Of a DNA stretch of 64,000 bases, positions 37,969-51,492 are shown one piece after another. The position numbers and the translations under genes were made by a program. How positions within the stretch are numbered: position 1 is the stretch's first letter; each line of letters opens with the position of its first letter. Under the pieces are notes generated by a model, which saw only the letters and a program-made list of their open reading frames with translations, had not been told where the DNA came from and searched no databases. The DNA is from Octopus sinensis. Lineage: Eukaryota. Location: contig NC_043000.1 in assembly GCF_006345805.1 (NCBI RefSeq), positions 47,678,001-47,742,000 of the forward strand, written 5' to 3'.

Positions 37969-38436
37969 ATATATACATACACATATATGTACACACACGT
38001 GTACACATATACACATATATATATTATTTCTGAACTCGAAGCAAATAAAATGAGCGAAAACCAGATATTAATAAGTAGGAAAACAAAGCATATTCCAATA
38101 TTGAGTAAAATATAGGATAGTGAATTATCTGAAATAATAAGTAGACAGGCTAAAATACTTACCCAGTATTTAGTATTATTTCTCTGCAGTCAAAGTTGAA
38201 GTCATAATTTGGTTTTACTATTGTATTTCATAGCCCTGTTGGCTAATAAAATTAATGTTAATAATTTTCCTGAGTCAAGCTGATTGCTTGTGCCTAACTT
38301 CTGCGATGATTGAGCTCATGGATTAATCAAAATCTTATACGTATTTGGACACACGGACGCACACACACACACAGACACAAACATGCACACATGCATACAC
38401 GCACGCACTCAGATATAAATATGTGTGTGTGTGTGC

Positions 38437-38640
38437 GGAGGTGCATGGCTTAGTTGTTAGGGTGCTGGTGTCATGATCATAAGATCGTTGCTTCGATTCC
38501 TGGACCAGGCGATACATTGTGTTCTTCAGCAAGATACTTCATTTCATGTTGCTCCAATCCACTCAGCAAGCAAAAATGATTAATCCTGCAAATATATACA
38601 CCACTGAAACCAGGGAAACCGGTCCTAATGAGCTTGGTAT
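38437..38640 (+). mobile_element. SINE family C, CpG-decayed
   Basis: ggaggtgcatggcttagttgttaggg..gcttcgattcctggacc. Confidence 0.82.
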
Positions 38641-38696
38641 GGGTCAGTAAGGAAACATCTTACTTTACATATGTGTATATAAATATATATTCTTTT

Positions 38697-39066
38697 ATTC
38701 TTTTATCTGTTTCAGTCATTTGACTGTGGCCATGCTGGGGCACTGCCTTTACTTAAACAAATTGACTCCAGGACTTATTCTTTTTAAGCCTAGTACTCAT
38801 TCTATCAATCTCTTTTGCTGAACTGTTAAGTTATGGGGATGTAAACACACCAACATCGGTTGTCAAAGGATGCTGGGGGACAAACACAGACACACAAACA
38901 TATGCATGGGATTCTTACAGTTTCCTTCTACCAAATCCACTCACAAGGCTTTGGTTGGCCTGATGCTATAGTAGAAGACACTTGCCCAAGGTGCCAAGCA
39001 CTGGGACTGAACCCAGAACCATGTGTTTGGTGAGCAAGTTACTTACTACGCAACCACTCCTGTGTC
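38697..39066 (-). mobile_element. SINE family A, CpG-decayed
   Basis: Head and tail present; consensus CpGs read TpG/CpA. Confidence 0.88.
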
Positions 39067-39080
39067 TATGTATATATAAA

Positions 39081-40637
39081 CATGGGTCTCACTGTCCCAA
39101 ACATTCCACACCCTCAAAGTTCGCACACTTAATGTTGGCACATTGAAAGGTAGGTCTGGTAAGATTGTGGAGATGCTTGAATGGAGATGTGTAGATTTGT
39201 GCTGCATCCAAGAAGTAAGGTGGTGGGGAAGCTCTTCTACGTTTCACACAGGCAAAAAAACATAGATATAAGATGTTCTGGGTAGATAACACTGATGGGT
39301 TTGGGGTGTGGATATATGCCCTGTGGAGAAATGGGTCAATAAGGTAATCAAAGTAATCAGAGTCTGTGATAGAATACTTAAGCTTATACTAGTGCTGCAA
39401 CATGGATCAGTAACCATTATCTCGGCCTATACTCCTCAGCCAATGCTACCTGATGAACAGAAAGACTGATTTTATAACACCGTCTTGCAGACTACCTCAT
39501 TGACGAATGATAGGGACCTTCTCTTTGTGGCTGGTGACTTCAACGGGCATATGGACAACATCCAGGGAGCTCCTATGGTGTACATGGTGGCAATAGATTT
39601 GGTTCCCACAATGAGGAGGGAACCAGGCTGCTGGAGTTCTGTGTTGCAAATGGTCTTATGTTCTGTAATTCTAACTTCAGGAAACCTGCCAATCACCTGT
39701 TCACCTACCAGTCTATCAGAAAATGAGGAAGATGGCGACTTATAAATGTCAAAACCTTCCCAGGTGAAGAATACACCCCATAACATAGGCTAGTTGTTAG
39801 TAACTTCAAGATCAGGGCTAAATGGCTGCCTAGGAGATGACCAGTATGGAAAAGAAGGATAAACCTCTGTATTTGGCTTTCATTTACATGGAGAAAGCCT
39901 TTGGCAGAGTCTCGCAACCCCTTATCTGATATTTTTCAAAGTGGAAACTAGGGATAGATGAGTGGTTGGTGAGAGTTGTAGAAGTCATGTACATGGATGC
40001 TGTCAGTAAGGTGGGGTTTGGCAACGTGTATAATGAAAAATTCCAGGTAGAAGTAGGGGTTCACCAAGGATCAGTCCTCAGCCCCCTCTTATACATCATA
40101 GCCCTCCAGGCAATATCAGAGGAATTCAAGTCAGGCTGCCCTTGGAGCTCCTCTATGCTGTTAACTTTGCTCTAATAGCTGAGTCACTACCAGAACTAGA
40201 GAAGTTTCAGGTGTGGAAGCAAGGTCTAGAATTGAAGGACTTTAGAGTTAATCTAGCAAAAAACCAAAGTTCTAGTATCTAAGAAGGCAAACAAATCACA
40301 AATCCCTTCGGGTAGATAGCACTGCTCAATCTGTAGAAAAAGTGTTGGTAAAAACTTCATAAGATGTACCATATGACTGGCACCTGTGCTGGTGGCATGT
40401 AAAAAGCACTATTCGAGCATGGTTGATGCCAGTGGTGCCTGACTGGCTCCCATGCCATTAGCATGTAAAAAGCACACACAACACACTTGGAGTGGTTGGC
40501 TTTCAGAAGGGCATCCAACTGTAGAAACCTTGCCAGATCAGATAGGAGCCTGGTTCAGCCTCCCAACTTGCCAGTCCTCAGTCAAACCGTCCAACCCATG
40601 CCAGCATGGAAAGCAGACGTTAAACAATGATGATGAT
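39081..40637 (+). mobile_element. RTE-clade LINE remnant (APE endonuclease, RT fragment, Cys-rich module, 3' UTR, (GAT)n tail) with large internal deletions
   Basis: LKVRTLNVGTLKGRS..DLCCIQEVRW; TIISAYTPQ; VAGDFNGH; HRLVVSNF; EKAFGRV; GVHQGSVLSPLL; tail acgttaaacaatgatgatgat. Confidence 0.9.
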
Positions 40638-40646
40638 ATATATATA

Positions 40647-40684
<38 letters not shown>

Positions 40685-40880
40685 AGAGTTTATGAAAAAA
40701 ACAAAAGACGAAGACAGGTAGTGTACAAAACAAACAGATGTATTAGTGTAATGCTCAGGAATAGAAAAAGTCTTTTATGTTTCGAGCCTACGCTCTTCTA
40801 CAGAAAGGGACACAGAAAAAACGAGAAAAAATATGTGCGTAGTGTCTAAAGATCTATCATGGCAACTGATAGTTTATATA

Positions 40881-40918
<38 letters not shown>

Positions 40919-40949
40919 TAAACATATGAGTAGGATGTAGCACACATCA

Positions 40950-41160
40950 TTGCAAGATTATTGTTTTGATTTCCACACCAGGTGGTGTGTATTGTATTCT
41001 TGAGCAAAACACTTCATTTCATGTTACTCCAGTTCACTCAGCTGCAAATGAGAAACCCTGCAACTGACTGACATTCCATTCAAGGCGAATGTTGTGTTTT
41101 CGGTTTCTTATACACCATGGAAACCAGGAAACCAGCCACTAGAGCCCTTGGGACATGACA
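40950..41160 (+). mobile_element. SINE family C fragment
   Basis: ttcttgagcaaaacacttcatttcatgttactccag. Confidence 0.7.
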
Positions 41161-41544
41161 CAGTATTATCCATTTTTGCTGTTTGTCCGTGTATGTGTGT
41201 GTGTGTTTGTGTGTATGTGTGTGTGTCCACTTTTTCATTTTTATGAATATGTTACATATTATATACAGTAAAAACATACACCAGTCATGATGTTATTTGA
41301 ATTAATAGCACAATATTTTAGATTTTCGTTACTATGGAAATCATTTTTATGAAGCTTCCTAATAGCTTGGACTGAACTTAGCTAAGAACCAAAGACGATG
41401 ATGATGATGATGATGACAATGATGACGATGATGACAATGATGATGATAGTGATAGTAGCAGGAACAAGAGTCAAAATGTCTACTACTTCTACTACTACTA
41501 CTACTACTACAACTACTACTTACATTCATTATTCTTTTTTTAAT

Positions 41545-41975
41545 TTTATTTGTTTTCGTCTTTTGACTGTGGTCATACTGGAGCACTGCTTTTAGTCAAA
41601 CAAATCGACTCCAGGACTTATTCTATCAGCTTCTTATACCAAACTGCTAAGTTACAGGGACTTAAACACACTAGCATTGGTTGTCAAGCGATGTTGGGGC
41701 AGGGACAAACACAGACACACAAACACACACACACACACACACATGGACAAACAGCAAAAATGGACAATACTGTGTCGTGTACATATATATATATATGTAT
41801 ATATGTATGTATATGACAACCTTCTTTCAGTTTCCATCTACCAAATCCACTCACAAGGCTTTGGTCAGCCCAGAGCTATAGCAGAAGATACTTGCCCAAG
41901 GTGCCACACAGTGGAACTGAACCCAGAACCATGTGGTTGGTAAGCAAGCTACTTACCACACAGCCACTCCTGAGC
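41545..41975 (-). mobile_element. SINE family A, CpG-decayed
   Basis: Head and tail present. Confidence 0.88.
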
Positions 41976-42569
41976 TATTACTATATATTTAGAGAAGGCT
42001 AATTTGTTCATGCCAGTTTTGTCAATTTTTGCACTCCTTTCATAAAAAAAAAAACAAATTTACTGGAGGTCAACACCCCATTCTGCGTTCACTTCCAGCA
42101 TTTGGTCCCTGCAATTATTAATCTAGGTGTACTTTGTCAGGAAAGACCTTGTTCTTCAAACCTTTCAATAGTGTACAACTCACGATGCCGTTCACCATAA
42201 CGACCAAAACGAATTAGAATAACTGCTCTCCTTTGGCAAATAATACTATTTGCTATTGCAGCTGAAATTCTTCATAGTTTATTAACATCTTCCAATCATT
42301 AACTAGAATTCACTGGCAAAATTATTATTATTTCCAAATCCTTCCTCACTTGTCAAAGACATTTGTTTTATTAAATATTTCATAGTTGCATCACTTCAGA
42401 AATATGAATATTTTAAAGTTTAAAATATTCTTTTCATTGCAAGATGGAAAAATTAAAAAAACAAATAAAAAGACATGATTTACTTTATTTTGTTGTGCAC
42501 GAAGGAGGATTGAAATATCTACTGCTGCTGCTGCTGCTGCTACTACTACTACTGCTACAACCACCATCA

Positions 42570-43030
42570 CTGATGAGGAGGATGATGGTGATGACAATGA
42601 TGACAAAAATGACGATGATGATGATGGTGTTGATTACGTTGACAATGATGATGATGATCACAATGATGACAATGATGATGGCAGTGATGACGATAATGAC
42701 GATGATGATAATGATGTTAATGACGACGACGACCACGATGATGATGATGATGACAATTTTGATGATGATGACAATGATGATGATGATAAGGACGATGATG
42801 ACGATGATGATGATGACGACAATCATGAACATGACAACGATGATGATGATGATGATGATGATGACAATGATGACGACGACAATGATGATGATGATGACGA
42901 TCATGAACATGACGACGACAATGAAGAAGATGATGATAATGATGATGATGATGATAATGATGATGATAACAATTTTGATGATGATGACAATGATGACAAC
43001 AATGACAATTTCGATGATGATGATGATGAT
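42570..43030 (+). repeat. Degenerate (GAT/GAC/AAT)n trinucleotide array
   Basis: About 460 bp with internal higher-order duplications (e.g. caattttgatgatgatgacaatgatga twice; atcatgaacatgac twice). Confidence 0.92.
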
Positions 43031-43399
43031 GCCGCTACTGGTGTTGCAGCTGAATTGTTTCCTTTCCTGTTTTTGGTCAACCTAATCTTCTGTCAAGTCA
43101 ATATGAGTCTTGTGTGCAACGTACCAACTTACTATCTTCTTCATTGCATGAACAGCTCTTGTTATATAATTGAATTATGCTACCATAATTTTACTAGAAA
43201 TGTTTATAATTATTATGTATAATATGAGAAGAAAACACCAGCCTCTGGGCAGTTTTCTCCTTGTCTTGTTCAAGTAACACTGTAATGTATGTGTGTGTGC
43301 GTATATGTGTGTATTTGTGTGTGTCTGTGTGTGTGTGATTGTGGGTTTGTGTATATATTGAGAGAAAGAGAGAAACGTGTATATACGCACTCATATATG

Positions 43400-43479
43400 C
43401 ACATATATAATTTTTGTATATATGTATATTTACATACACACGCATATATATATGTGATTATATATACATGCATACATAC

Positions 43480-43510
<31 letters not shown>

Positions 43511-43690
43511 TGTATGTATGTATGTATGTATGTATGTATACATATGTATGTATGTGTGTGTGTATGTATGTATGTATATATATATACATATGTATATGTA
43601 TACATGTGTATGTATGTATGTATGTATGTATGTATGTATGTATGTATGTATGTATGTATGTATGTATGTATCTATGTGTGTATGTTTGTG
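43400..43690 (+). repeat. (TATG)n compound microsatellite
   Basis: Direct inspection. Confidence 0.92.
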
Positions 43691-44042
43691 TACAAACACA
43701 TAAATAAATATATATATATTCTTCTGAAACAAGAGTATTATTGACAGTAAGCTTGAAATTTCAGCCAATTAAACCACTGTCAGACTGTGATACACTGAAG
43801 TTAATTTTGGCTCTATATAGTCTCTGTTGACTTAAAAATCTTCCTTGGGTGTGTAGGTTTGAGCAGAGTGGTGATAAGGTTTTAGGTTGGATTGTCATGG
43901 AGAGGTATTTTGGAGAAATTTTTATTGATTAAATTTGAGTTTCTTTCATTGCTTAGTATTTATTCATGTTTGTAGAACTTTAAAAGCAGGTGTGTATATT
44001 TACGTGTGTAGCCTTTAAGTAGGTAGTTATTGGTACAAGGAT

Positions 44043-44375
44043 GTGTGTAGGAGGGACATGAAGGTGCTCAACATCGACATCAACATCTGGGAGGATCTAG
44101 CGGCAGACTGCTCCAGGTGGAAAAGCACACTTCTCAAACAACTATGGATCAGTGAAGAGAAGCTGTCAGCTGCAGCTGCAGAAAAGCGAGCCCGACGTAA
44201 GGGATCGACAGCCAACAAACCACAATCCACACACAGATGCGATCTATGTGACAGAGACTGTTATTCTCGCATTGGTCTCCATAGCCACAGGAGGTGTGGC
44301 ACAAGCCGAGCGGCCCAACTTAGACAATAAATAGACGGATGTGATACCCATGGCCAGCCATGACCGAAGGTGGCC
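44043..44375 (+). mobile_element. 3' end of an RTE/BovB-like LINE with C-terminal C2H2 finger
   Basis: RDMK..NID...WEDLAADCSRWK; CDLCDRDCYSRIGLHSHRR followed by a short 3' UTR. Confidence 0.82.
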
Positions 44376-45299
44376 CTCAATATAGGATACATCAGTAGTT
44401 TTAGTTATTTTGGGTTTTATTTCATTCAATGCTTTGCTTCAAGTATTTAAAGTTCAACGGTGCCAATCCCAGTATTTAAAACCTTAGCAATTGGGCGTTG
44501 ATATAAAGGTTGTTGGTCTGTATGCTTCTTTCTAGGTGTTCATTGTTCTATAAGCAATTTAACTAGTCTGAAGAATTTTAACTCTTGTGTTTTATGAAGG
44601 TAGAGTTTCTGTGTTGTGCTTATAAATATTTCTTCAATTCTGTTTCAAAGTTTGGTATTGTAAAATATATTATTTTAGGCCTCTGAATATATGCAGAAGT
44701 GGGGCATTATGAAAGATGTCTATAGATCCATGTATAAAAATAGGAATGATAATAGAATTTTATTTAGAAAGTGATTTAAAGGTTCAAAATTTAAAAACTC
44801 AGTATTCAAAAAGATGGGACAAATAGATAAATAAGAAAGAAAGGAGTCTCCATGTTGCTTGTATACAAATATATATTTCTATGTGCAGATATTGGTTGGC
44901 AATAAGGAAACTTATAGATAATTTCTACAGTACTTGTTTAGTGTAAAGATATAAAGTGATTTTTTTATGCATATTATGGGGATAATTTAAGGTATAGAGG
45001 TGAGAGGAGAGTTGGTGAGATATTAACGTGTTTAATTATTAAAACATTTATTGGCTTGAAGTGATTTAGTGTTTTTAAGATTTACTACTTGAAAGAAGAA
45101 ATTAGTTTGGAGTTTCAGTTCAGAATTTCGTCCATGAATGTTAAAATGTGGTAAGATTCATTACTATAAAGTTGACAGAGTTCGTTGTTACATTGGCCTG
45201 GCTGTGCATGTGAGAGTATTTTCCAATTGATGGTAACTGGAGTATTTTGTCTGGCATGCTAGCAATTGTGCCAGCTCACTGCTTTAGTTGGAACAAAAA

Positions 45300-45513
45300 T
45301 TATTTTCTACTCTAGACACAAGGCCCGAAATTTTGGGGGAGGGGACTTGTTGATTGAATTGACCCAAGTATGCAACTACTACTTAATTTATCAACCCTGA
45401 AAGGATGAAAAGCAAAATTGACCTTGGCAGAATTTGAACTCAGAACATAAAGACAGATGAAATGCCACTAAGCATTTCGCCCGGCTTGCTAACATTTCTG
45501 CCAGCTCACCACC
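45300..45513 (-). mobile_element. SINE family B, monomer
   Basis: Head and tail; ttagttggaacaaa on both sides. Confidence 0.85.
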
Positions 45514-47752
45514 TTAGTTGGAACAAATATTCATCCAGTGCTCTAACAATTCCATCAGTCTACTGCCCTGGACTTGTATTTAATTTTGGCAACCGCCAAA
45601 AGGATGGCAGGAAAGTTTATCTTAACATATTTGGACACATAATTATGAACCAAACCAAATACTGCTAGACATTTTGCTTTAAGCTATAATAACTTTGCAT
45701 ATTTGCCACTTACAAAATATCACAGAATAGTTTCCCTTTCTGATGAATGGTTTATTCAATTTTCAAACTTTACTGAATAACTTTTTGTTGAAGCTGTCTA
45801 AGTTTAGCTGTGTTGTCCCAAAATAAACCAACACGAAACATTGTTGAAGAAATACTTATTTTTCATGTTTATTTCAATATTTACATATTTAATTGTGGCT
45901 TGATAATAGTATAAACTGTTGTGCTAAAGATGAATATAGTTCGTTTTTATATTTCTAACAGAAGATATTAGTTTTACATGAGAGGCAGGAATAATACTTT
46001 GGCCATTCTAGGAAAATTTGTTGATGTAAAGAGCTTGTTGCTTGTGCTTCTGAGGTGTTACTTTCTGATGTGTTTATGACTGGTAACTTATTTATGTAGT
46101 AAGAAGTCAAGCTGTTGAGTTCATGATGCATGTTTGGAAAGTGCAGTAAGGAAGTGATTCTTTTAAACACAGGCTGCATAGGGACCAAGAATCTTGTGTT
46201 CACCTATCTATTCCAAAATCAACACAAACCTCAGCACCAATTTTGGTATGATTTCGCTTTTATAAACCCCATGACAGAGGAACCTCATCAAACATTCTAT
46301 GGTATGGAGTTACATTCCAGCAATCTGATTGGTTAATATCCAGGATATGTTGCCAGACCTCGGTGTGATCTGGACATTCTTACTGAAGTTCTAAAATTGT
46401 GATTCTAGATCTTGCTACAAAACAAACCGTCACAAATTCTCTTGAATTTATAGTTGATATCAGTAATAAGAAGGAAAAGCTATCAGTTATATAGTCGTTG
46501 GAGAGCCTCTATTTAAAACATACCTCAACCTGCAAAGAATTTTATTTCCTTTGACATTCTGTAGAAACCATCATTACGCCTTTAAAATCTATTTGACAGT
46601 TGATTATTAGATCAGATTTCTCTTTAATCGGTTTAAAGAAATTTGATATTTGTAACAAAATATGTTATCTGTCCATCATATACAATTTTCAGCTCATGTC
46701 AACCTGTTGACATCCTTACAAATATCTGTTAAAGATTCTCAAATATTCCGTTTAAAGCCACCACTTAAGAGCTCTTGCTATTTGATCTTCAATAAAAATA
46801 TGTAGCCACCTTCTGTTTCTTCTTTTGTAGTCATGTAAACAATTTAAATCTGTGTGAAGCAAATTATATAAAGCACAGATATTGATAATAATCTAGCATT
46901 ACCATTTATAAGCACTATTAGCATATACCAGCCAGTGGTGAAGCAGGTACATAGCCATTCTCTATGCAAGAAATGTTAACCAAATCTCACACATCTTCAA
47001 AGGGAGAATGACACGCTGGATAATATAAATGTAAAGACACTATGCTAGAAAAAATAAAAAAAGGCTGAATGCTCGAGGTTGGAATAGCTTTGAATTACAA
47101 GTCTGCTTAATCACGTCTGACCCCCAAAAATTAAAGATGACTCTCATTGTGATATGTATGCCTGTCTGTGTGTGAGAGACAGACAGACAAACAGAAAGAG
47201 ATAGAGTATTTGATAAAGAGAGATTGCAAAAGATGGAGATAAAACATCATAAATTGTAACCCTGACTTTCTTAGCTTCAGTCTTTGAATGATGGTGGACA
47301 AGGATGAACATTGAGAAATTCTTTAAGAAAAAACATACTCTATATCTAAACATCAAAGTGATTGAATCTATTAAGCATAAATAAATCTGAGGATTTTGTT
47401 ATGAATTGTTGTAACAAATATGACAATTACAGATAATGCATTAATATAAGCTTGTCGAAAATGAAATGAAGAGTGGAATTTAGAGGAGATGGAAGAGGAG
47501 AAGGGAAGTAGTTGAAATGGGTGCAAGAATATGTATTAGAAAGACAAAAGATAAAATAAATAAAAAGTGAGTGGGGAAAAAAGAGAAAAAAAAGATTAAA
47601 ATGGAAACACTTTAAAATTGCACAACAAGGTGAGAATCACAAAGATTAAAATAAATTTGAATATTAGCAAGTCTAGCTGGTATAGGAATATAAGTATTTA
47701 AGTACATTTCTTATCTTTTTGATATGAACAAAAAAGCAGAAGAATATATATA

Positions 47753-48940
47753 TCATCATCATCATCATTTAACATCCGTTGTCCATGCTGACATGTGTTG
47801 GATGGTTTGACCATGTCTAGCAAGCTGGAAGGCTACACCAGACTCCAGTTTGATTTGGCATGAGTTTTTACAGCTGGATACCCTTCCTAATACCAACCAC
47901 TCCAAGAGTGTAGTGGGTGCTTTTGCATGCCACCGGCACAGATGCCATTTGTGTGACAATGGTATCTGCTACAACTGCAATTATACTTGGCTTGATGGGT
48001 CTTCTTCTCAAGCATGACGTAATGCCAAAGGTCTTGGTCATTGCATCTGTGAGGCCCAACAATTAAAAGGAGCTCAGTCACTTTACCTCTGTGAGGCCTA
48101 ATGCTCAATAGGTGCTTTTTATGTACCACTGACATGGGTGCCAGTTACATGACACCAGCATAAGCCACGACTACGATTACACTTGGTTTTAAGGGTCTTC
48201 TTAAGCACAGCATATCTCCGAAGGTCTCAGTTGCTAGCCATTACCTTGGTTAGGTTCAAAGTTAGAAGATCATGCTTCACCACATCATCCCATGTCTTCC
48301 TGAGTTTACCTTTTCCATAGGTTCTCTCCACAGTTAGAGATCGGCACTTCTTTACACTGCTGTCCTTGTCCATATGCATCACATGACGATACCAATGCAG
48401 TTGTCTCTCTTGCACACCATATCTGATGCCTCTTATGCCTAACTTTTCTCTCAAGGTGCTTACACTCTGTCAAACATGATGTCCTTGGCTGTCACAGCCC
48501 ATGTTTCACTGCCATGTAGCATAGCCATTTGCACACAGGCATCATACAATCTGCCTTTCAATCTGAGAGAGAGACCCTTTGTTGCCAGCAGAGGTAGGAG
48601 CTCTGATCTTATTTTCACAACTACACTCACAGAGCATCCACCAGTGCTACTAACTTTACCACCTAGATAATAGAAGCAAGCTACTTCTTCTAGTTTACCC
48701 CACTGGCAGTTGATGGAGTCTACTTTCTGTACATTTTCAGTATTTATTGTACCTGCGCATTGTCCACATACAAAAGCTATTTTCCCTGTTAACCTTCCTC
48801 TGATATTGCTGCATCTCTTATGTGTCCAATGCTTACACCAAGTGCATCTTATGGAGTTTCTACCTAAGCCTTTTCTACAGACCGAGCAGGGCCATCTACC
48901 TGAAAGGAGCTGTGATTTGTCAGTCTCCCTACTTACTAAG
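47753..48940 (-). mobile_element. RTE-clade LINE 3' fragment (same family as 39081-40637)
   Basis: SGRWPCSVCRKGLGRNSIRCTWCKHWTHKRCS; RLKGRLYDACV..AMLHGSETW; QLHWYRHVMHM..GKLRKTWDDVV; (GAT)n tail at 47753. Confidence 0.9.
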
Positions 48941-48944
48941 ATCT

Positions 48945-49145
48945 ATGTATGTATGTATGTATGTATGTATGTATGTATGTATGTATGTATGTATGTATGT
49001 ATGTATGTATGTATGTATGTATGTCTGTGTGTGTATGTATGTGTATGTGTGTGTGTGTATGTATGTGTATGTGTGTGTGTGTATGTATATGTATGTGTGT
49101 GTGTGTATGTATATGTATGTGTGTGTGTGTATGTATATATATGTG
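48945..49145 (+). repeat. (TATG)n and (TG/TATG) higher-order microsatellite
   Basis: Direct inspection. Confidence 0.92.
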
Positions 49146-49535
49146 TGGTTGTGTGGTAAGAAGTTTGCTTCCTAACCACATGGTTCTGGGTTCAGTCCCA
49201 CTGTGTGGCACCTTGGTCAAGTGTCTTCTACTATAGTCTCAGCCCAACCAAAGCCTTGTAAATGGATTTGGTAGATGAAAACTGAAAGAAGCCCATTTTA
49301 TATATATTTCTTTACTACCCACAAGGGGCTAAACACAGAGAGGACAAACAAGGACAGACAAACAGATTAAGTCGATTATATCGACCACAGTGCATAATTG
49401 GTACTTAATTTATCGACTCTGAAAGGATGAAAGGCAAAGTCGACCTTGGGGTTGATACATTTGACTATAAACTCTTCAAGGCAGTACTCCAGCATAGCCA
49501 CACAGTCTAATGACTGAAACAAATAAAAGAGTAAA
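49146..49535 (+). mobile_element. SINE A head and tail interrupted by an antisense SINE B unit (49305-49446)
   Basis: A head 49146-49296, B unit in opposite orientation, A tail 49447-49535. Confidence 0.8.
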
Positions 49536-50200
49536 GATATATATATATATATATATATATAGTAACAATGATGTACAGGTGTACTTGAGTATGTGTTATA
49601 TATAATCACTATATTTTCAGGTGTTCTCTCAAATTTTAACTTAGATAGTCTCGTGATTTTTATCCTTTACCATGTCCTCGTCGTCTTTAATCATGAGAAG
49701 CACTAGAATATTACATTGATATACTTTCCATTTATCACATTAAAATCCTGAGTAAACAGAGAAAATTGAAAAGATGTTTGTTTGTCAGTTAATAGACGAG
49801 AACTTAATTTAGCTTTAAAACCAGAATTTCATGTATATTGCAAATCAATTAAATACCTCACACCTAATTACTACAAATATTAATATAGAAATATTCCCAT
49901 AAAAGACTTAATCCATATTACAGACTGCGTAAGTTTTCTGTATATCTTATTGATTTTTGTTCTGCCTGCCTTGTCTTATGATTTCTCACTCATTTCATCT
50001 TTTGTTTGTCTTTGAGTAAATAAGAATATCACCCAACTGATATCATTCAGATTTTTAAAAATTCTTTTAACTAGATTATTGTTTTGCTTTCAATTTTTGA
50101 TTTTTTTTAATTTTTGTTTTAAAACAATTTCTTTTCATTCGATCAAGTACAATATTAGTTTCTGTCATTCTACCTTTTGTTAGCATGTCATTTGGTCTCT

Positions 50201-50352
50201 TTAAGCAAAAATCCATGAACAGGCTGTTTTGTAGTCTGCACGTCTCCTTAACTTGTCATTGGAGATGTTTGTATTGTCCACTAACCTAGACAGTTTAGGT
50301 GGCTCCTGCAAGTTTTTCAATGCTTTCATTTCATCGCAAAATTTTCTTTTGC
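50201..50352 (-). CDS. Candidate exon of unidentified - strand gene
   Basis: T-rich intron and ttttccaattgttgtag| acceptor; single open frame (G)KRKFCDEMKALKNLQEPPKLSRLVDN..WIFA*; alternative internal donor AG|gttagt at 50286. Confidence 0.35.
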
Positions 50353-51269
50353 CTACAACAATTGGAAAACAGCACTATTCATCCAAGAATTTCAAGAAAA
50401 AAAAAAAAAAAAGAGAAAGAACATCGGAAGAGAGTAAAAGGAAAAACAAACAAAACAAAAATAATAAAAGAGAATTATAAAAACAAAAAAAAAAAAGACT
50501 GTTGCAAATGTTTTCTTATTACTGAAATGGAGAACAAAAAGTGAGTTTGTAGAAATTAGCATCAACAATGAGTGTGAAGATAATGGTAGCACAGACAATT
50601 TGTAATACAACTGGCGGTTCTGGCTAGAACTCTTGTATTCAATAGTAGATGGAAGGCAATTTCAATTGCAAGCAAAACAATGTAATATGGATTTATTTTG
50701 CATAAGTCCAAGGATACTACCTCTGGAAGAAGGCACATCATTTAAGTCAGCCTCAATATTCGAGTGGTACTCAGTTAATTAACTGGTCTTGGGGTAAATT
50801 TAACAAGGGTCTACTTTGTTGCATTCATTCAGCTCAGGTCTAAAATCTGAGAGTACGTGGATGTACTGCACTACTTCCTACTGCAGCAACTCAAGAGACT
50901 TCATTTTTCTTTCTTTTCCCTTGCAGTCTCAGAAGCCCCTACAGAGAATATCATCTGTACTTCAATTTTTCTTGCAATTAAACCATGAAATATTATCAAA
51001 ACTGAAGAGTAAAGTCAAACCCTTGTTTAAGTCTCCTGATGATTTCATATTCAGAACACCGGAAATAAAACTACAACCTAAATATAGCTTTCTGCTTCAG
51101 AGCCAAAACATACTTCTGAATTGAACTAACTTTATATAAAAGTCATGAGACTCAGAAAAGATTAGTGTTGCCACATCTGGGCAGTGCAGTTGTTATACAT
51201 AAAATATCTAGACCACATCCTACCTCCCAAAAGGCAAACCAATTAACTGGGCAGTGATGGAACAATTGT

Positions 51270-51449
51270 GAAGGCACATGGCTTAGTGGTTAAGGTGTTG
51301 GATTCATCATCATATGATTGTGGTTTTGATTCCAGAACCAGGTGATGTGTTGTGTTCTTGAGCAAAACACTTCATTTCACGTTGCTCCAGTCCATTCAGT
51401 TGGCAAAAATGAGTAATCCTGCAATGGACTAGCGTCCTGTCCTGGTGAG

Positions 51450-51492
<43 letters not shown>

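Noticed and set aside
42444-43085. 213-aa poly-Met ORF and the antisense poly-Ile ORF
   Set aside because: They are alternative frames of a degenerate GAT microsatellite
45955-46400. Protein-like minus-strand peptides (VNTRFLVPMQ.., ECPDHTEVWQ..)
   Set aside because: Weak acceptors, short frames ending in stops, no homology recognised
50721-50938. Minus-strand exon with plausible splice sites
   Set aside because: Stop codons in all three frames; could only be non-coding
50816-51124. 102-aa + strand ORF with a strong acceptor at 50926
   Set aside because: No recognisable motif or convincing partner exon; conflicts with the minus-strand model
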